Source: an uncultured Candidatus Entotheonella sp.
GTDB taxonomy: Bacteria > Tectomicrobia > Entotheonellia > Entotheonellales > Entotheonellaceae
Reading direction: 5' to 3'
DNA: 64,000 bases
Assembly (NCBI GenBank): GCA_965217185.1
Contig: OZ244252.1
Span: forward strand, 448,001-512,000
The translations under genes were made by a program, and so were the position numbers. Of the stretch, positions 9,234-20,239 are shown in pieces (position 1 is the first letter of the stretch; every line of letters starts with the position of its first letter). A model generated the notes under the pieces. It was given only the letters and a program-made list of their open reading frames with translations. It searched no databases and was not told the origin of the DNA.

Positions 9234-10289
9234 TTGGATTTTGGCGCCTTTATGGAGTTTGGCAGCCGCCAGGGCAGCAGCCAGACCGACGTGTTCCGCG
9301 AGGGATTCGATTTTGTAGCGGCGGCCGAATCGTGGGGCCTCGACGGCGTGTGGCTGGCGGAGTTCCATTTCAATCCGGTGCGCTCCGTGCTGTCCTCGCC
9401 GATTGTCATCGCGGGCGCCATTGCCTCCCGTACCGTCCGCCTACGCATCGGCATGGCCGTCTACGTTCTGCCCCTGAACAACCCGCTACGGGTCGCCGAG
9501 GAAGTGGCGACCGTGGACCACATCAGCAAGGGCCGCTTCGATTTTGGCGTTGGCCGCAGCGGCTTCGTGCGTTCCTACGACATTTACCGTACCCCATACA
9601 GCGAGAGCCAGGGCCGTTTCCGCGAGGGTCTGGCGATCATTTTGCAAGCCTGGAAGGGCGAGACGTTCTCTTATCACGGCGAATACTTCACGGTGGAAGA
9701 CGCCACCGTATCGCCGCGCCCCTACCAACTGCCGCACCCGCCGCTGCGTATGGCCGCCACGACGGCGGCAACCTTCCCCGAGGTGGGGCGTCTGGGATAT
9801 CCGGTTTTCGTCGGCCTGCGCGGCATGGACATTGCGGAATTGCGGACCCACTTGCAGGCGTACCGCAAGGCTTGGCGCGAGGCCGGGCACGCTGGAGACG
9901 GGGACGTGTATTTGCGCATTCCCATCTACGCGGCCGCCTCGGAGCGCGCGGCGATCGACGAGCCCCGCGAAAGCATCACGTATTACATCTCCCGTCAGAG
10001 CAGCATCGTGGCCCAGGATGCCGCGCGGCGGCGGCCAAGCGACGATGGCGCGCGCTCGCAACAAAGCACCGCCGAGCGCCTGGCCTCTCTGTCTTATGAA
10101 GAAATTCTGGCCACCAAGGTCGCGTTCGGCAGCGCGCAGGGCCTGCAGGATCGACTGCAGCAGTTACAGGAGGAATTGGGCCTGGACGGCGTCGTCGCCG
10201 AACTGAACGCCGGTGGGTTGCTGTCGGCGGATCAGGTGCAAGAAAGCCTGCGCATCCTGACGCACGACGTGATGCCGGCCTTCAAATGA
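9234..10289 (+). CDS. LLM-class flavin-dependent oxidoreductase
   Basis: VWLAEFHF, PLRVAEEVATVDHISKGRFDFGVGR. Confidence 0.92.
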   Translation: MDFGAFMEFGSRQGSSQTDVFREGFDFVAAAESWGLDGVWLAEFHFNPVRSVLSSPIVIAGAIASRTVRLRIGMAVYVLPLNNPLRVAEEVATVDHISKGRFDFGVGRSGFVRSYDIYRTPYSESQGRFREGLAIILQAWKGETFSYHGEYFTVEDATVSPRPYQLPHPPLRMAATTAATFPEVGRLGYPVFVGLRGMDIAELRTHLQAYRKAWREAGHAGDGDVYLRIPIYAAASERAAIDEPRESITYYISRQSSIVAQDAARRRPSDDGARSQQSTAERLASLSYEEILATKVAFGSAQGLQDRLQQLQEELGLDGVVAELNAGGLLSADQVQESLRILTHDVMPAFK

Positions 10290-11025
10290 ACTCGACGGAC
10301 GGAACCGCTGTGTAAGGCGTTTGGCAGGGATGACCGGCGGCGTAGCGGTACACCGGTTTTTGGCCGTTGGCGGGCAGCGCGAGGATGGTGGACGAAACCG
10401 TGCCGTAGTTGTCTGCGTTGCGGTGCATACAGATGGTTTCCCGATTCTGCACGCCGGGCTCGTGATCGCGGCACACCTGTTCGAGGAAGGGTAGCAGGGT
10501 GAGGAGGTCGGTTCGTTCGGTGGCCCGCAAGAGTTGTTGAGCACGGCGTAGGCGGACGGTCTCAAAATCGTTCAGTTCGCCGTTGGCAAGAATGTGCAGT
10601 CCCGGCTGTAGAGGTTGGATGACTGGCTTGTCGTCGTACGCCACCCACATCAGATTACCGCGGTCCATGACAAGCAGATTGAACGGGTTATAGCGCTGCG
10701 GCGGTTGGGTCACAAGGGATTCCGCCACCTCGGCAACGGTCCGGCCTTGCAGAGCCTCCAGGCACACCAGACCCCGTGAACGCCGGTCGGGGTCAGCTTC
10801 CTGTTCCGCATACAGGCGTCGATTGGTTAACCCGACAACCACCCCGTGCTCGTTGACGCCCATCCACGTGCCGCCGGCGCGCTCGTCGCGCCCGCCCCAA
10901 ATCCGGGGTGAGTGAGCCAGCAGGATGGGACCTTGTGTCGGGCGATCGTAGTACTCGTCACGGTTCGCCGCGACGATGATCGGGTAGTCCGGCAACACCC
11001 GGTGGATGACCATTAGAATGCACAT
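10282..11025 (-). CDS. NRDE/TANGO2 family protein
   Basis: Starts MCIL, AANRDEYY, GGTWMG, SRGLV, YGTVSST. Confidence 0.92.
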   Translation of the reverse strand: MCILMVIHRVLPDYPIIVAANRDEYYDRPTQGPILLAHSPRIWGGRDERAGGTWMGVNEHGVVVGLTNRRLYAEQEADPDRRSRGLVCLEALQGRTVAEVAESLVTQPPQRYNPFNLLVMDRGNLMWVAYDDKPVIQPLQPGLHILANGELNDFETVRLRRAQQLLRATERTDLLTLLPFLEQVCRDHEPGVQNRETICMHRNADNYGTVSSTILALPANGQKPVYRYAAGHPCQTPYTAVPSVEFI

Positions 11026-11147
11026 GAGTGTTCCCCGAAGCGGGCCGGTTCTCGGCTTTACGGAAACAGGCGTAGGCGTTACAATAGATTTTGTTACCCA
11101 ACAACCCCACACATATATAGCCATCCTCCTGAACAGGACTCCATAGC

Positions 11148-12998
11148 ATGACATCACAAGATACGCTCGACAAGCAGGTGGAAGAACTCGAATCGGTCGT
11201 GATTCGCCTCGCTGGAGACTCCGGTGATGGCATGCAGCTTACGGGCGGGCAATTCACCCGTACGACGGCCCTGTTCGGAAACGACATCAGCACTTTGCCC
11301 GACTTCCCGGCGGAAATCCGCGCCCCGGCGGGTTCGTTGCCGGGCGTCAGTTCCTTCCAGTTGAATTTCAGCAGCCACGACATCTACACGCCGGGGGATG
11401 AGCCAAACGTGCTGGTCGCCATGAACCCGGCGGCCTTAAAGGTGCATCTCGACGACCTGGAAGACGGTGGCATTCTCGTCGTCAACACCGATGCTTTCAG
11501 CAGGACGAACCTCCATAAAGCCGGCTACACTGACAATCCCCTCGAAGACGGCAGCCTCTCCAAATACCGCGCCTTCAAGGTCCCCATTACCTCTCTCAAC
11601 GCCAAGGCCCTCGACGGTCTCGACATGACGCAGAGACAAATCGACCGCAGCAAGAATTTCTGGGCGCTGGGGTTGCTCTACTGGTTGTACAACCGACCGT
11701 TGGATGCCAGCCTGCGCTTTCTGGAAGAACGCTTTAAGGAATCAGACCCCGCCGTTTACGAGGCCAACAAACGAGCCCTCTACGCCGGCTACAACTACGG
11801 CGACACCACCGAGATTTTCACCACCGCATACCGAGTCCGCGAAGCGCATCTGCCGGAAGGCACCTATCGCAACATCACCGGCGCCGAAGCGACCGCCATG
11901 GGCTTCGTGACGGGCGCGCGCCTGCACGGCAAACCGATCTTTTACACGGCTTATCCCATCACCCCGGCCAGCGAAGTTCTGCACGACATCGTCCGGTACA
12001 AGCACTTCGGGGTCAAAACCTTCCAGGCGGAAGACGAAATTGCCGCGGTGACCGCCGCTATTGGCGCGGCTTTTGGCGGCAGTCTAGGGCTCACCTGCAC
12101 CAGTGGGCCGGGCGTGGCCCTGAAGAGCGAAGCGATCAATCTTGCGCACATGGTCGAACTGCCCCTGGTGATTGCCGACATTCAACGCGCTGGGCCGAGC
12201 ACCGGCATGCCCACCAAGACCGAGCAGGGCGACCTGCTGCAGTGCATGTTCGGGCGTAACAGTGACTCGGCCTGTGCGATCATCGCACCAGCGACGCCCG
12301 GCGATTGTTTCTACATGGCGATTGAGGCGTTTCGCTTGGCGGTGAAGTTTATGACGCCGGTCTTTTTCCTGTCGGACGGCTACCTCGGCAACGGCGCCGA
12401 GCCGTGGCGCGTTCCGTCGGCAAGTGACCTGGAGCGTTACAGCGTTGTTCACCCTACCGATCCTGAGGACTTTGCGGCATACCGCCGTGACCCCGAGACC
12501 TTGGCGCGGCCTTGGGCGATTCCCGGCACCCCCGGTTTGGAGCACCGCATCGGCGGACTGGAAAAGGCTGATATTACCGGCAACGTTAGCTACGATCCCC
12601 ACAACCACGAGTTAATGACCAAGCTGCGCAACGAAAAGATCGAACGCATCGCCAACGACATCCCGCTGCAAGAGGTTTACGGCGACCCGGAAGGCAGGCT
12701 TTTGGTGCTGAGCTGGGGCAGTACCTACGGTGCGGTGGTTTCCGCGGTGGACAAGCTGCGTGAGCAAGGGGAATCGGTTTCGCATGCCCATCTGCGGTAT
12801 CTCAACCCGCTGCCGAAAAACCTTGGCGACATTCTGCAGCGCTTCGACACGGTGCTGATACCGGAACTCAATCTGGGCCAGCTCCGGATGTTGATCCGGG
12901 CGCGCTTCCTGGTTGACGCCGTTGGCTTGCACAAGGTTCAGGGGGTGCCATTCAAGGTGTCTGAAATTATCCAGAAATGCGAAGAACTTCTTGGCTAA
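11148..12998 (+). CDS. korA: 2-oxoacid:ferredoxin oxidoreductase alpha subunit
   Basis: AGDSGDGMQLTG, YPITPASE, QAEDEIAA, TSGPG, QRAGPSTGMPTK. Confidence 0.93.
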   Translation: MTSQDTLDKQVEELESVVIRLAGDSGDGMQLTGGQFTRTTALFGNDISTLPDFPAEIRAPAGSLPGVSSFQLNFSSHDIYTPGDEPNVLVAMNPAALKVHLDDLEDGGILVVNTDAFSRTNLHKAGYTDNPLEDGSLSKYRAFKVPITSLNAKALDGLDMTQRQIDRSKNFWALGLLYWLYNRPLDASLRFLEERFKESDPAVYEANKRALYAGYNYGDTTEIFTTAYRVREAHLPEGTYRNITGAEATAMGFVTGARLHGKPIFYTAYPITPASEVLHDIVRYKHFGVKTFQAEDEIAAVTAAIGAAFGGSLGLTCTSGPGVALKSEAINLAHMVELPLVIADIQRAGPSTGMPTKTEQGDLLQCMFGRNSDSACAIIAPATPGDCFYMAIEAFRLAVKFMTPVFFLSDGYLGNGAEPWRVPSASDLERYSVVHPTDPEDFAAYRRDPETLARPWAIPGTPGLEHRIGGLEKADITGNVSYDPHNHELMTKLRNEKIERIANDIPLQEVYGDPEGRLLVLSWGSTYGAVVSAVDKLREQGESVSHAHLRYLNPLPKNLGDILQRFDTVLIPELNLGQLRMLIRARFLVDAVGLHKVQGVPFKVSEIIQKCEELLG

Positions 12999-13010
12999 GG
13001 ATTCCATGGC

Positions 13011-14054
13011 ATGAGTGAAGCGACGAACGGCAAAGTGAACGGTGCGGCGGCGGTTTTGACACGTAAGGACTTCACCTCCGACCAGGAGGTGCGGTGGTGT
13101 CCGGGATGCGGCGACTATTCGATTTTGGCGCAGACCCAGAAGGTCATGCCGGACCTGGGTGTGCCGCGCGAGAAAATCGTTTTTGTGTCCGGTATCGGTT
13201 GCTCGAGCCGTTTTCCCTACTACATGCAGACGTACGGGTTCCACACCATTCACGGCCGCGCGCCGGCCATTGCCACGGGCCTGAAAGCCAGCCGGCCTGA
13301 CCTGATGGTGTGGGTGATTACCGGAGACGGTGACGCCCTGAGCATTGGCGGCAACCACATCCTGCACGTGCTGCGGCGCAACGTTGACGTCAAGATCGTG
13401 CTGTTCAACAATCGCATCTACGGCCTGACCAAGGGCCAATACTCGCCCACGTCGGAACTCGGCAAGAAGGTCAAGTCGGCCCCCATGGGGGTGCCCGACG
13501 CGCCGCTTTCGCCCTTGTCGGTTGCCATCGGCGCCGAGGCGACGTTCGTCGCCCGCACGGTTGATACGGACACCAAACACCTGGTTGCGACGCTGGAGCG
13601 CGCCGCGGCGCACAAAGGCACGGCGTTTGTCGAGGTGTATCAGAATTGCAACATTTATAATGACCACGCCTTTGCCTACATGACGGAACGCAGTGTGCGC
13701 GATGATCGCACGCTGTACCTGCAGCACGGCGAGCCGATGCGCTTTGGCAAGGAGCGCCAGCGCGGCATCCGGTTACGCGGCCTGGACCCGGAAGTGGTGA
13801 CGATCGGTGAGGATGGCGTCAGCGAGGAGGACTTGCTGCGGCATGATGAGCACAGGCCGGAAGGGACCTTGGCGTATCTGCTGAGCCGTCTGGATTATCC
13901 CGAATTCCCAGTGCCGGTCGGGGTGCTTCGGGACGTGCAGCGACCGACGTATGACGGCATCTTGGAGGAACAGGAGGCACAGGCTCAGCAGCGCCACGGT
14001 ACGGGCGATTTGGACGCCTTGTTCAACCAGGGTGATACCTGGGTTGTGGGGTAG
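13011..14054 (+). CDS. korB: 2-oxoacid:ferredoxin oxidoreductase beta subunit
   Basis: WCPGCGD, SGIGCSSR, GDGD TPP motif, NNRIYGLTKGQYSPT. Confidence 0.93.
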   Translation: MSEATNGKVNGAAAVLTRKDFTSDQEVRWCPGCGDYSILAQTQKVMPDLGVPREKIVFVSGIGCSSRFPYYMQTYGFHTIHGRAPAIATGLKASRPDLMVWVITGDGDALSIGGNHILHVLRRNVDVKIVLFNNRIYGLTKGQYSPTSELGKKVKSAPMGVPDAPLSPLSVAIGAEATFVARTVDTDTKHLVATLERAAAHKGTAFVEVYQNCNIYNDHAFAYMTERSVRDDRTLYLQHGEPMRFGKERQRGIRLRGLDPEVVTIGEDGVSEEDLLRHDEHRPEGTLAYLLSRLDYPEFPVPVGVLRDVQRPTYDGILEEQEAQAQQRHGTGDLDALFNQGDTWVVG

Positions 14055-14069
14055 GCACGGGCGTCAGGC

Positions 14070-16886
14070 TCAAGCGTTGAGCATGTCCCGCAAGACAGTT
14101 TGCAGAATCCCGCCATTCCGGTAGTACGTCACTTCAACCTGTGAATTGATCCGCACGATGGCCTGGAAGCGTTTCTCGGCGCCCGTCGCCACATCCCGCG
14201 CCTGTACCGTCACTTCCTGCTGGGGCTGAATGTCGTCCCCAATCCCCTCAATGTCATACACTTCCAGGCCCGTCAAACCCAGCGAAGCAGCGTTGTCACC
14301 GTCCTTGAATTGCAGCGGCAGCACCCCCATGGCAACCAGATTGCTGCGATGGATGCGCTCGTAGTTCTCCGTCAGAATGGCCTTGACCCCCAACAGAAAA
14401 GCGCCCTTGGCAGCCCAGTCGCGGGAACTGCCGGAGCCGTATTCCTTGCCGGCGATCACCAGTAAGGGCGTCCCCTCCTCTTGGTACCGCACGCCAGCCT
14501 CGAAAATGCTCATGCGCTCGCCGGCCTCGGCGCTCCCGGCATCGGGTGGCAGATACACCGTGACGCCGCCTTCGGTGCCCGGGACAAGCTGGTTCCGCAA
14601 CCGGATGTTGGCAAACGTGCCCCGCATCATGACTTCGTGATTGCCGCGCCGGGCGCCGAAGGAGTTGAAGTCCTTGGGCTCGACGCCCTGTTCGATCAGA
14701 TGGCGACCGGCGGGTCCGCTCGCCGGAATGGAGCCGGCCGGCGAGATGTGATCCGTGGTTACGGAATCACCGAGCAGCGCCAGCACGCGTGCCCCGGTGA
14801 TGCTGGCTACCGGCGGCACCTCGGGCGTCAGGTCGGCGAAGAACGGCGGTTCCTGCACGTAGGTCGAGGCGGTGTCCCAGGCGTACAGTTCTCCTTCCGG
14901 CACGGCGAGCTTGGCCCAGGCGTCGCTGCCCTCAAAGACGGCATCGTAAGCCGTCTCGAACAGTTCCGGGCTTAGTGCCTCCTGCATGGCGGTGCGGACT
15001 TCGGTTTGCGAGGGCCAGACGTCGCGCAGGTAAACGGGGTCGCCGAGGGCGTCGTGGCCAAGCGGGTCGGTCTGCGGATCGAAGTCCACCGTGCCGGCCA
15101 GTGCATAGGCCACCACCAGCGGCGGCGAGGCCAGATAATTCGCCTTGGCGGCAGCGTGCACGCGACCCTCAAAGTTCCGATTGCCACTCAGGACGGCGGC
15201 CACCACCAAGTCATTGTCCGTGATGGCGTTGTTGACGCTTTCCAGAATCGGGCCGCTGTTGCCGATGCAGGTGGTACAGCCGTAGCCGATGGCGTGGAAT
15301 CCTAATGCTTGCAGGTATGGGGTCAGACCGGCCGCTTGTAAATACCGTGTGACCACCCGCGATCCTGGCGCCAGGCTCGTTTTTACGTACGCCGGTACCC
15401 GCAGGCCCCGCTCGACGGCTTTCTTGGCCAGCAGCCCGGCGCCGATCATGACGGAAGGATTGGAGGTGTTGGTGCAGCTTGTGATAGCCGCGATGATGAC
15501 CGAACCGTGTGTAATCGAGGTCGCCTCGCCGCGCGCCTCAACCGGCACCCGGTAACCGCTGTACAGATCGCGGCGTTTGGTCAGAGGCTCCTGCCATGCC
15601 GCCGGCGCTTCCGCGTCGCCCTCTAGCCAACTCCGGTAATCCGATGACGTATTGACTTCGACTTGCGTGTTGTAGCCGGTCGGCAACGCCTGCCGGAACG
15701 TGCGGCGCGCCTCGCGCAGCGGCACGCGGTCCTGGGGCCGCTTTGGGCCGGCAATGCTCGGCTCGATCGTTCCCAGGTCGAGGTCAACCGTATCGCTGAA
15801 TTCCGGCTGCGGGCTGTCGTCGGTGCGGAATAGCCCCTGCTCCTTGGTGTATCGTTCGACAAGTTCCACGTGCGCCGCGCTGCGTCCGGTTGCCCTCAGG
15901 AACTTCAGTGTTTCCTCATCCACAGGGAAAAAGCCAATCGTCGCGCCGTATTCGGGCGACATGTTGGCAATGGTGGCGCGGTCCGCCAGACTCAGCTTGC
16001 TGATGCCGGGGCCGTAGTATTCGACGAACTTATCGACCACCCCTTTGGCACGCAACAGTTGCGTGACGGTGAGCACCAGATCCGTTGCCGTGGCGCCTTC
16101 CGGAAGCTCGCCGCTCAACTTGACCCCGACAACCTGCGGCGCCAGCATGTACAGCGGCTGCCCCAGCATGACCGCTTCCGCCTCGATGCCGCCTACCCCC
16201 CAACCTACAACGCCCAACCCGTTGATCATCGTCGTGTGGGAATCCGTGCCGACCAGGGAGTCGGGAAGCGCCACCGTATCGCCGCCGTTTTTCCGGGTCT
16301 GTACAACCGAGGCGAGGTATTCGAGATTGACCTGATGGACGATGCCGGTCGACGGCGGGATTACCCTGAAATTGGCAAATGCCTTCTGTCCCCAGCGCAG
16401 GAATTCATAGCGTTCGCGGTTACGCTCGAATTCGCGCTCGGTGTTGAACGCCAAGGCCGACAGCGAGCCGAAGCGATCCACCTGTATCGAGTGATCGACG
16501 ACCAGATCGACTTGGGTAATCGGATTGATGCGCTTGGGCTCGCCGCCAAGCCGGTGCATGGCCGAGCGCAGGGCGGCGAGGTCGGCGACCGCTGGCAAGC
16601 CCGTATAGTCCTGCAGCAGCACCCGCGACGGCACAAAAGGGAGCTCACGCGCGCTCGGTTGCGCTGCCTGCCACTGCACCAGGTCGCTGACGTCATCGGT
16701 GGAAGCGCCGAGGCCGTCGCACCGCCGCAGGATGGCCTCGAGAATCACCTTGAGGGAATAGGGCAGGCGCGATATGGCGCCGATTCCTTCCTCTTCCAGC
16801 CGGTTGAGACGATACATCACCGCCGTTCCGCTTCCGGTCTCGAAGACGGCGCGCGAGCCGAATGGGTCCTGATGGGGTTGGGTCAT
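14070..16886 (-). CDS. acnA: Aconitate hydratase A
   Basis: [59 protein letters not shown]. Confidence 0.97.
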   Translation of the reverse strand: MTQPHQDPFGSRAVFETGSGTAVMYRLNRLEEEGIGAISRLPYSLKVILEAILRRCDGLGASTDDVSDLVQWQAAQPSARELPFVPSRVLLQDYTGLPAVADLAALRSAMHRLGGEPKRINPITQVDLVVDHSIQVDRFGSLSALAFNTEREFERNRERYEFLRWGQKAFANFRVIPPSTGIVHQVNLEYLASVVQTRKNGGDTVALPDSLVGTDSHTTMINGLGVVGWGVGGIEAEAVMLGQPLYMLAPQVVGVKLSGELPEGATATDLVLTVTQLLRAKGVVDKFVEYYGPGISKLSLADRATIANMSPEYGATIGFFPVDEETLKFLRATGRSAAHVELVERYTKEQGLFRTDDSPQPEFSDTVDLDLGTIEPSIAGPKRPQDRVPLREARRTFRQALPTGYNTQVEVNTSSDYRSWLEGDAEAPAAWQEPLTKRRDLYSGYRVPVEARGEATSITHGSVIIAAITSCTNTSNPSVMIGAGLLAKKAVERGLRVPAYVKTSLAPGSRVVTRYLQAAGLTPYLQALGFHAIGYGCTTCIGNSGPILESVNNAITDNDLVVAAVLSGNRNFEGRVHAAAKANYLASPPLVVAYALAGTVDFDPQTDPLGHDALGDPVYLRDVWPSQTEVRTAMQEALSPELFETAYDAVFEGSDAWAKLAVPEGELYAWDTASTYVQEPPFFADLTPEVPPVASITGARVLALLGDSVTTDHISPAGSIPASGPAGRHLIEQGVEPKDFNSFGARRGNHEVMMRGTFANIRLRNQLVPGTEGGVTVYLPPDAGSAEAGERMSIFEAGVRYQEEGTPLLVIAGKEYGSGSSRDWAAKGAFLLGVKAILTENYERIHRSNLVAMGVLPLQFKDGDNAASLGLTGLEVYDIEGIGDDIQPQQEVTVQARDVATGAEKRFQAIVRINSQVEVTYYRNGGILQTVLRDMLNA

Positions 16887-16931
16887 GGAGCTAACCTCGC
16901 TGGCGTTGTAAACGTTCGGATGTTTACCGTT

Positions 16932-17999
16932 CTAATTCTTCTGACGGCGCTGACGTGAAGCCTGGGCCAGAAGCTCCAGCATCGGTTCGGTCGTGTCCCA
17001 AGACATACAGGCGTCGGTGATGCTCTGCCCGTAGGTCAACGACTGCACGTCGTCGCCAAGGGGCTGATTGCCCTCGACCAGGTGACTTTCCATCATGACG
17101 CCGAAGACATGGGAGGACTCGGAGCTGACTTGCTCGGCAAGGGACTCCACCACAGCAGGTTGATTGGCGTGCTTCTTGCGGCTGTTGCCGTGGCTGCAGT
17201 CGACCATGACGCGGCCTGCCAAGCCGGCCGCATCGAGCTTTTCCGCCACACTTTCGACGTTCTCACGGTCGAAGTTGGTGCCGGCGTTGGAGCCGCGCAG
17301 AATCACGTGGCAGTAATTGTTGCCGCCCGTCTCGACGATGGCCGCGACGCCTTGCTTGCTAACGCCGAGGAAGTGATGCGGGCGCTGGGCGGCTCCGATC
17401 GCGTCGATGGCGATCTGGATGTTGCCGTCCGTGCCGTTCTTGAAGCCAACCGGCATGGACAGACCTGAGGCCAACTCCCGATGCACCTGGCTTTCCGTCG
17501 TGCGCGCCCCAATGGCGCCCCAGGAAATGAGGTCGGCGGTGAACTGCGGGCTGATGGTATCGAGGAATTCCGAACCCGCCGGCACGCCCATGTTGCCGAG
17601 GTCGAGCAGCAGTCGCCGGGCTTTGCGCAGCCCCTGGTTGATGGCGAAGCTGCCGTTGAGATTCGGATCGTTGATCAGGCCCTTCCAGCCCACCGTGGTG
17701 CGGGGCTTCTCGAAATAGACCCGCATGATTACGCACAGATCGTCGCTCAGGCGATCGGCGCATTTGGACAGCAGGCCGGCGTATTCAATGGCCGCTTCGG
17801 TGTCGTGGATGGAGCAGGGGCCAACAATGACCAGGAGCCGGTCATCCTCGCCGTTCACGATGGCGGCGGCCTCTTGGCGGGCCCTGGTCACCGTTTCCGA
17901 TGCCTTTTCCGTGATGGGCAACTCTTCCTCGACCAGCACCGCCGGTGGGATGAGAGGCCGTAGATTGGCGATTCGAAGATCGTCCGTCCGCTGGAGCAT
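16932..17999 (-). CDS. aroG: 3-deoxy-7-phosphoheptulonate (DAHP) synthase, class I alpha (AroF/G/H type)
   Basis: GPCSIHD, YFEKPRTTVGWKG, IGARTTESQVHR, DCSHGNS, SITDAC; paralog assignment uncertain. Confidence 0.93.
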   Translation of the reverse strand: MLQRTDDLRIANLRPLIPPAVLVEEELPITEKASETVTRARQEAAAIVNGEDDRLLVIVGPCSIHDTEAAIEYAGLLSKCADRLSDDLCVIMRVYFEKPRTTVGWKGLINDPNLNGSFAINQGLRKARRLLLDLGNMGVPAGSEFLDTISPQFTADLISWGAIGARTTESQVHRELASGLSMPVGFKNGTDGNIQIAIDAIGAAQRPHHFLGVSKQGVAAIVETGGNNYCHVILRGSNAGTNFDRENVESVAEKLDAAGLAGRVMVDCSHGNSRKKHANQPAVVESLAEQVSSESSHVFGVMMESHLVEGNQPLGDDVQSLTYGQSITDACMSWDTTEPMLELLAQASRQRRQKN

Positions 18000-18203
18000 G
18001 GGATGGTTTTCCTCTTCTGAGGTCAACAAATTGCGTGCCGTGCAATGGCAGTCAGGGTATTAGAAGGCGCTATGCTAAGTCCGAATCCGCCATCGGTCAA
18101 GGCACTGCGCGGGTGAACCGATTGATTCAACGATGCTTGGAACAACTAGGAAGGAACGGGGCGTTAGCGGTGGGCCGCCGTCACGCCCCTGCAGACTTGT
18201 GGC

Positions 18204-19103
18204 TTACTTGATCGCCCCTGCCGTCAGGCCGGAGACGTAGTAATCCATGAAGAACGCATAGATCACGATGACGGGTATGGAACCCATCAGGCAGGCGGCC
18301 ATCAGCGAGCCCCAGAAGTAGATGTCGCCGCGCACCAACTCCGTGAGTACGCCGACCGACAGGGTCTTCTGGAGCTCGTCCTGGATGAACACGAGGGTGT
18401 ACAGGAACTCGTTCCAGCACAGGGTGAACGAGAACAGCACGGCGCAGGCCACCCCCGGCAGGGCCATCGGCAGGACGATGGTGACCAGGGTGCGCATGCG
18501 GCTGGCGCCGTCGATGTAGGCGCACTCCTCGACCTCGAACGGCACGGTGCGGAAGTAGCCCATCAACAGCCAGGTGACGAACGGGATCAGGAACGTCGGG
18601 TAGGTGAGGATCAACGACCAGTACGTGTCGCGAACCGGTATGAAGTCGTCGATAAAATTGATCACGTTGATGAGCGGCAGGAACAGCAGCGCCTGGGGCA
18701 CCAGGTAGGTGATGAACACCGCCACCCCGAACAACTCGACGCCCCGGAAGCGCAGCCGGGCGAGGGCGTAGGCTGCCAGGATGCCCACCGTCACGGAGAT
18801 GAGCGTCGAGACCGCGGTGACGATGAAGGTGTTCAGCAGCCAGTAGTCGAAGAAGTGGGTGTTTTCGGCCAGGTAGATGTAATTATCCAGCGTGATGCCG
18901 GTGGCCCAGAACGGCGACGTGCCGAGGTTGTTGATTTCCTGCTTCGACTTCAGGGAGGTGATGAACATGATGTACAGGGGGAAGAGCGAAAAGGCGATGT
19001 AAGGGAGGAGACTGGCATACGTCACGATCTCCTTACGGATGCGCCACATGGGCGTTTTGGTTTTCGCCCCCAATCCCACCGTGCTGATTGCGCTAGACGC
19101 CAT
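18204..19103 (-). CDS. Carbohydrate ABC transporter permease (MalG-like)
   Basis: Hydrophobic, EECAYIDGA EAA loop, WNEFLY, GLTAGAIK. Confidence 0.92.
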   Translation of the reverse strand: MASSAISTVGLGAKTKTPMWRIRKEIVTYASLLPYIAFSLFPLYIMFITSLKSKQEINNLGTSPFWATGITLDNYIYLAENTHFFDYWLLNTFIVTAVSTLISVTVGILAAYALARLRFRGVELFGVAVFITYLVPQALLFLPLINVINFIDDFIPVRDTYWSLILTYPTFLIPFVTWLLMGYFRTVPFEVEECAYIDGASRMRTLVTIVLPMALPGVACAVLFSFTLCWNEFLYTLVFIQDELQKTLSVGVLTELVRGDIYFWGSLMAACLMGSIPVIVIYAFFMDYYVSGLTAGAIK

Positions 19104-20130
19104 AGCCTGTCTCCTTTCGTACCATCTTGAGCTGGAAGATCACCACCAGCAGCAGGATGGGGAACAAGAACAGAGATATGGCCGCCCCGAGGCCGATATC
19201 CTGATTGAGAATGCCGACCGTGAACGAATAGGTGGCAAAGAGATGGGTGTAGTTCATCGGTCCCCCGCGCGTCAGCACGTACACAATGCCGAAATCGGCC
19301 AAGGTGAAAATGGTGGAAAAGAGAATGACCACGGCCATGACCGGCCGCAGCAGCGGCAGCGTCACGTGCCAGAATTTGCGCAGCGTGGAGGCGCCGTCCG
19401 TTTCCGCCGCTTCGTAGAGCTGTTCCGGGATGGCCACTAGGCCCGCAAAAATGGTGACCGCAAAAAACGGCATGCCGCGCCAGAAATTCACGAAGATGAC
19501 CGAGCTCAGGGCCAGGGTCGGATTGCCCAGCCATTGGTAGGGTCCCAGGCCGAGGAGATTGAGCGGCCAGAGGTTCTCCAGCAGCCAGTTGATGTGGCTG
19601 TAGGTCGGGTCCAAGATCAGCCACCAGCCCAGCGTCGTAAGCACGGTGGGTGCGACGAACGGCACCAGAATAGAGCCGCGAATGAAGCGCTTCATCTTGG
19701 TCGCCCGTTGCATCAACAGCGCTGCCCCGAGCCCGAAAACGCCTTTCAGCACGACGGAAAAGATGGCGAACAAGAGGGTATTTCGCAGCGTTAGCAGGAA
19801 GATGTCATCGGCAAGCGACAGGTCCCAGGAAAAGCCTCTGAACTTGAGATACCAGGGCAGGTCCTCGCCCTCGTACATGATGCCGAAGAGGTACATGAAA
19901 TTTTCCAGGCCGACCCACTGGCCCGGTTCGCCAATCATGGTGTCGCTCAGGCTGAACCAGATAGCCAAAAAGAAGGGGTATAGGACCAGGCAGGCCATGA
20001 TGATGACGGCGGGCAGGATAAAACCATAGCCGTCAAGGTCAGGGCCTAACGAACGGCGCCAGCGTCGTCGATTTGCCGCCGTCAAGTCTCGACCGACAAG
20101 AACCTGTTCTCTTGTGTTGGAGATCGCCAT
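19093..20130 (-). CDS. Carbohydrate ABC transporter permease (MalF-like)
   Basis: VGLENF, LYEAAETDGA, LTRGGP. Confidence 0.92.
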   Translation of the reverse strand: MAISNTREQVLVGRDLTAANRRRWRRSLGPDLDGYGFILPAVIIMACLVLYPFFLAIWFSLSDTMIGEPGQWVGLENFMYLFGIMYEGEDLPWYLKFRGFSWDLSLADDIFLLTLRNTLLFAIFSVVLKGVFGLGAALLMQRATKMKRFIRGSILVPFVAPTVLTTLGWWLILDPTYSHINWLLENLWPLNLLGLGPYQWLGNPTLALSSVIFVNFWRGMPFFAVTIFAGLVAIPEQLYEAAETDGASTLRKFWHVTLPLLRPVMAVVILFSTIFTLADFGIVYVLTRGGPMNYTHLFATYSFTVGILNQDIGLGAAISLFLFPILLLVVIFQLKMVRKETGYGV

Positions 20131-20174
20131 CCTTTGACCTCTCTTGGGAGTTGAAGAACGCCCTCCGGTGGGAG

Positions 20175-20216
20175 GGAAAAAATAACCGGCGCTGGTGGCG
20201 TCACCGCCAGCGCCGG
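20175..20216 (-). terminator. Intrinsic terminator/stabilising hairpin after the substrate-binding gene
   Basis: Minus strand ccggcgctggcgg-tgacg-ccaccagcgccgg followed by ttatttttt. Confidence 0.7.
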
Positions 20217-20239
20217 GCAACTGCGACGCGACCCGTCGG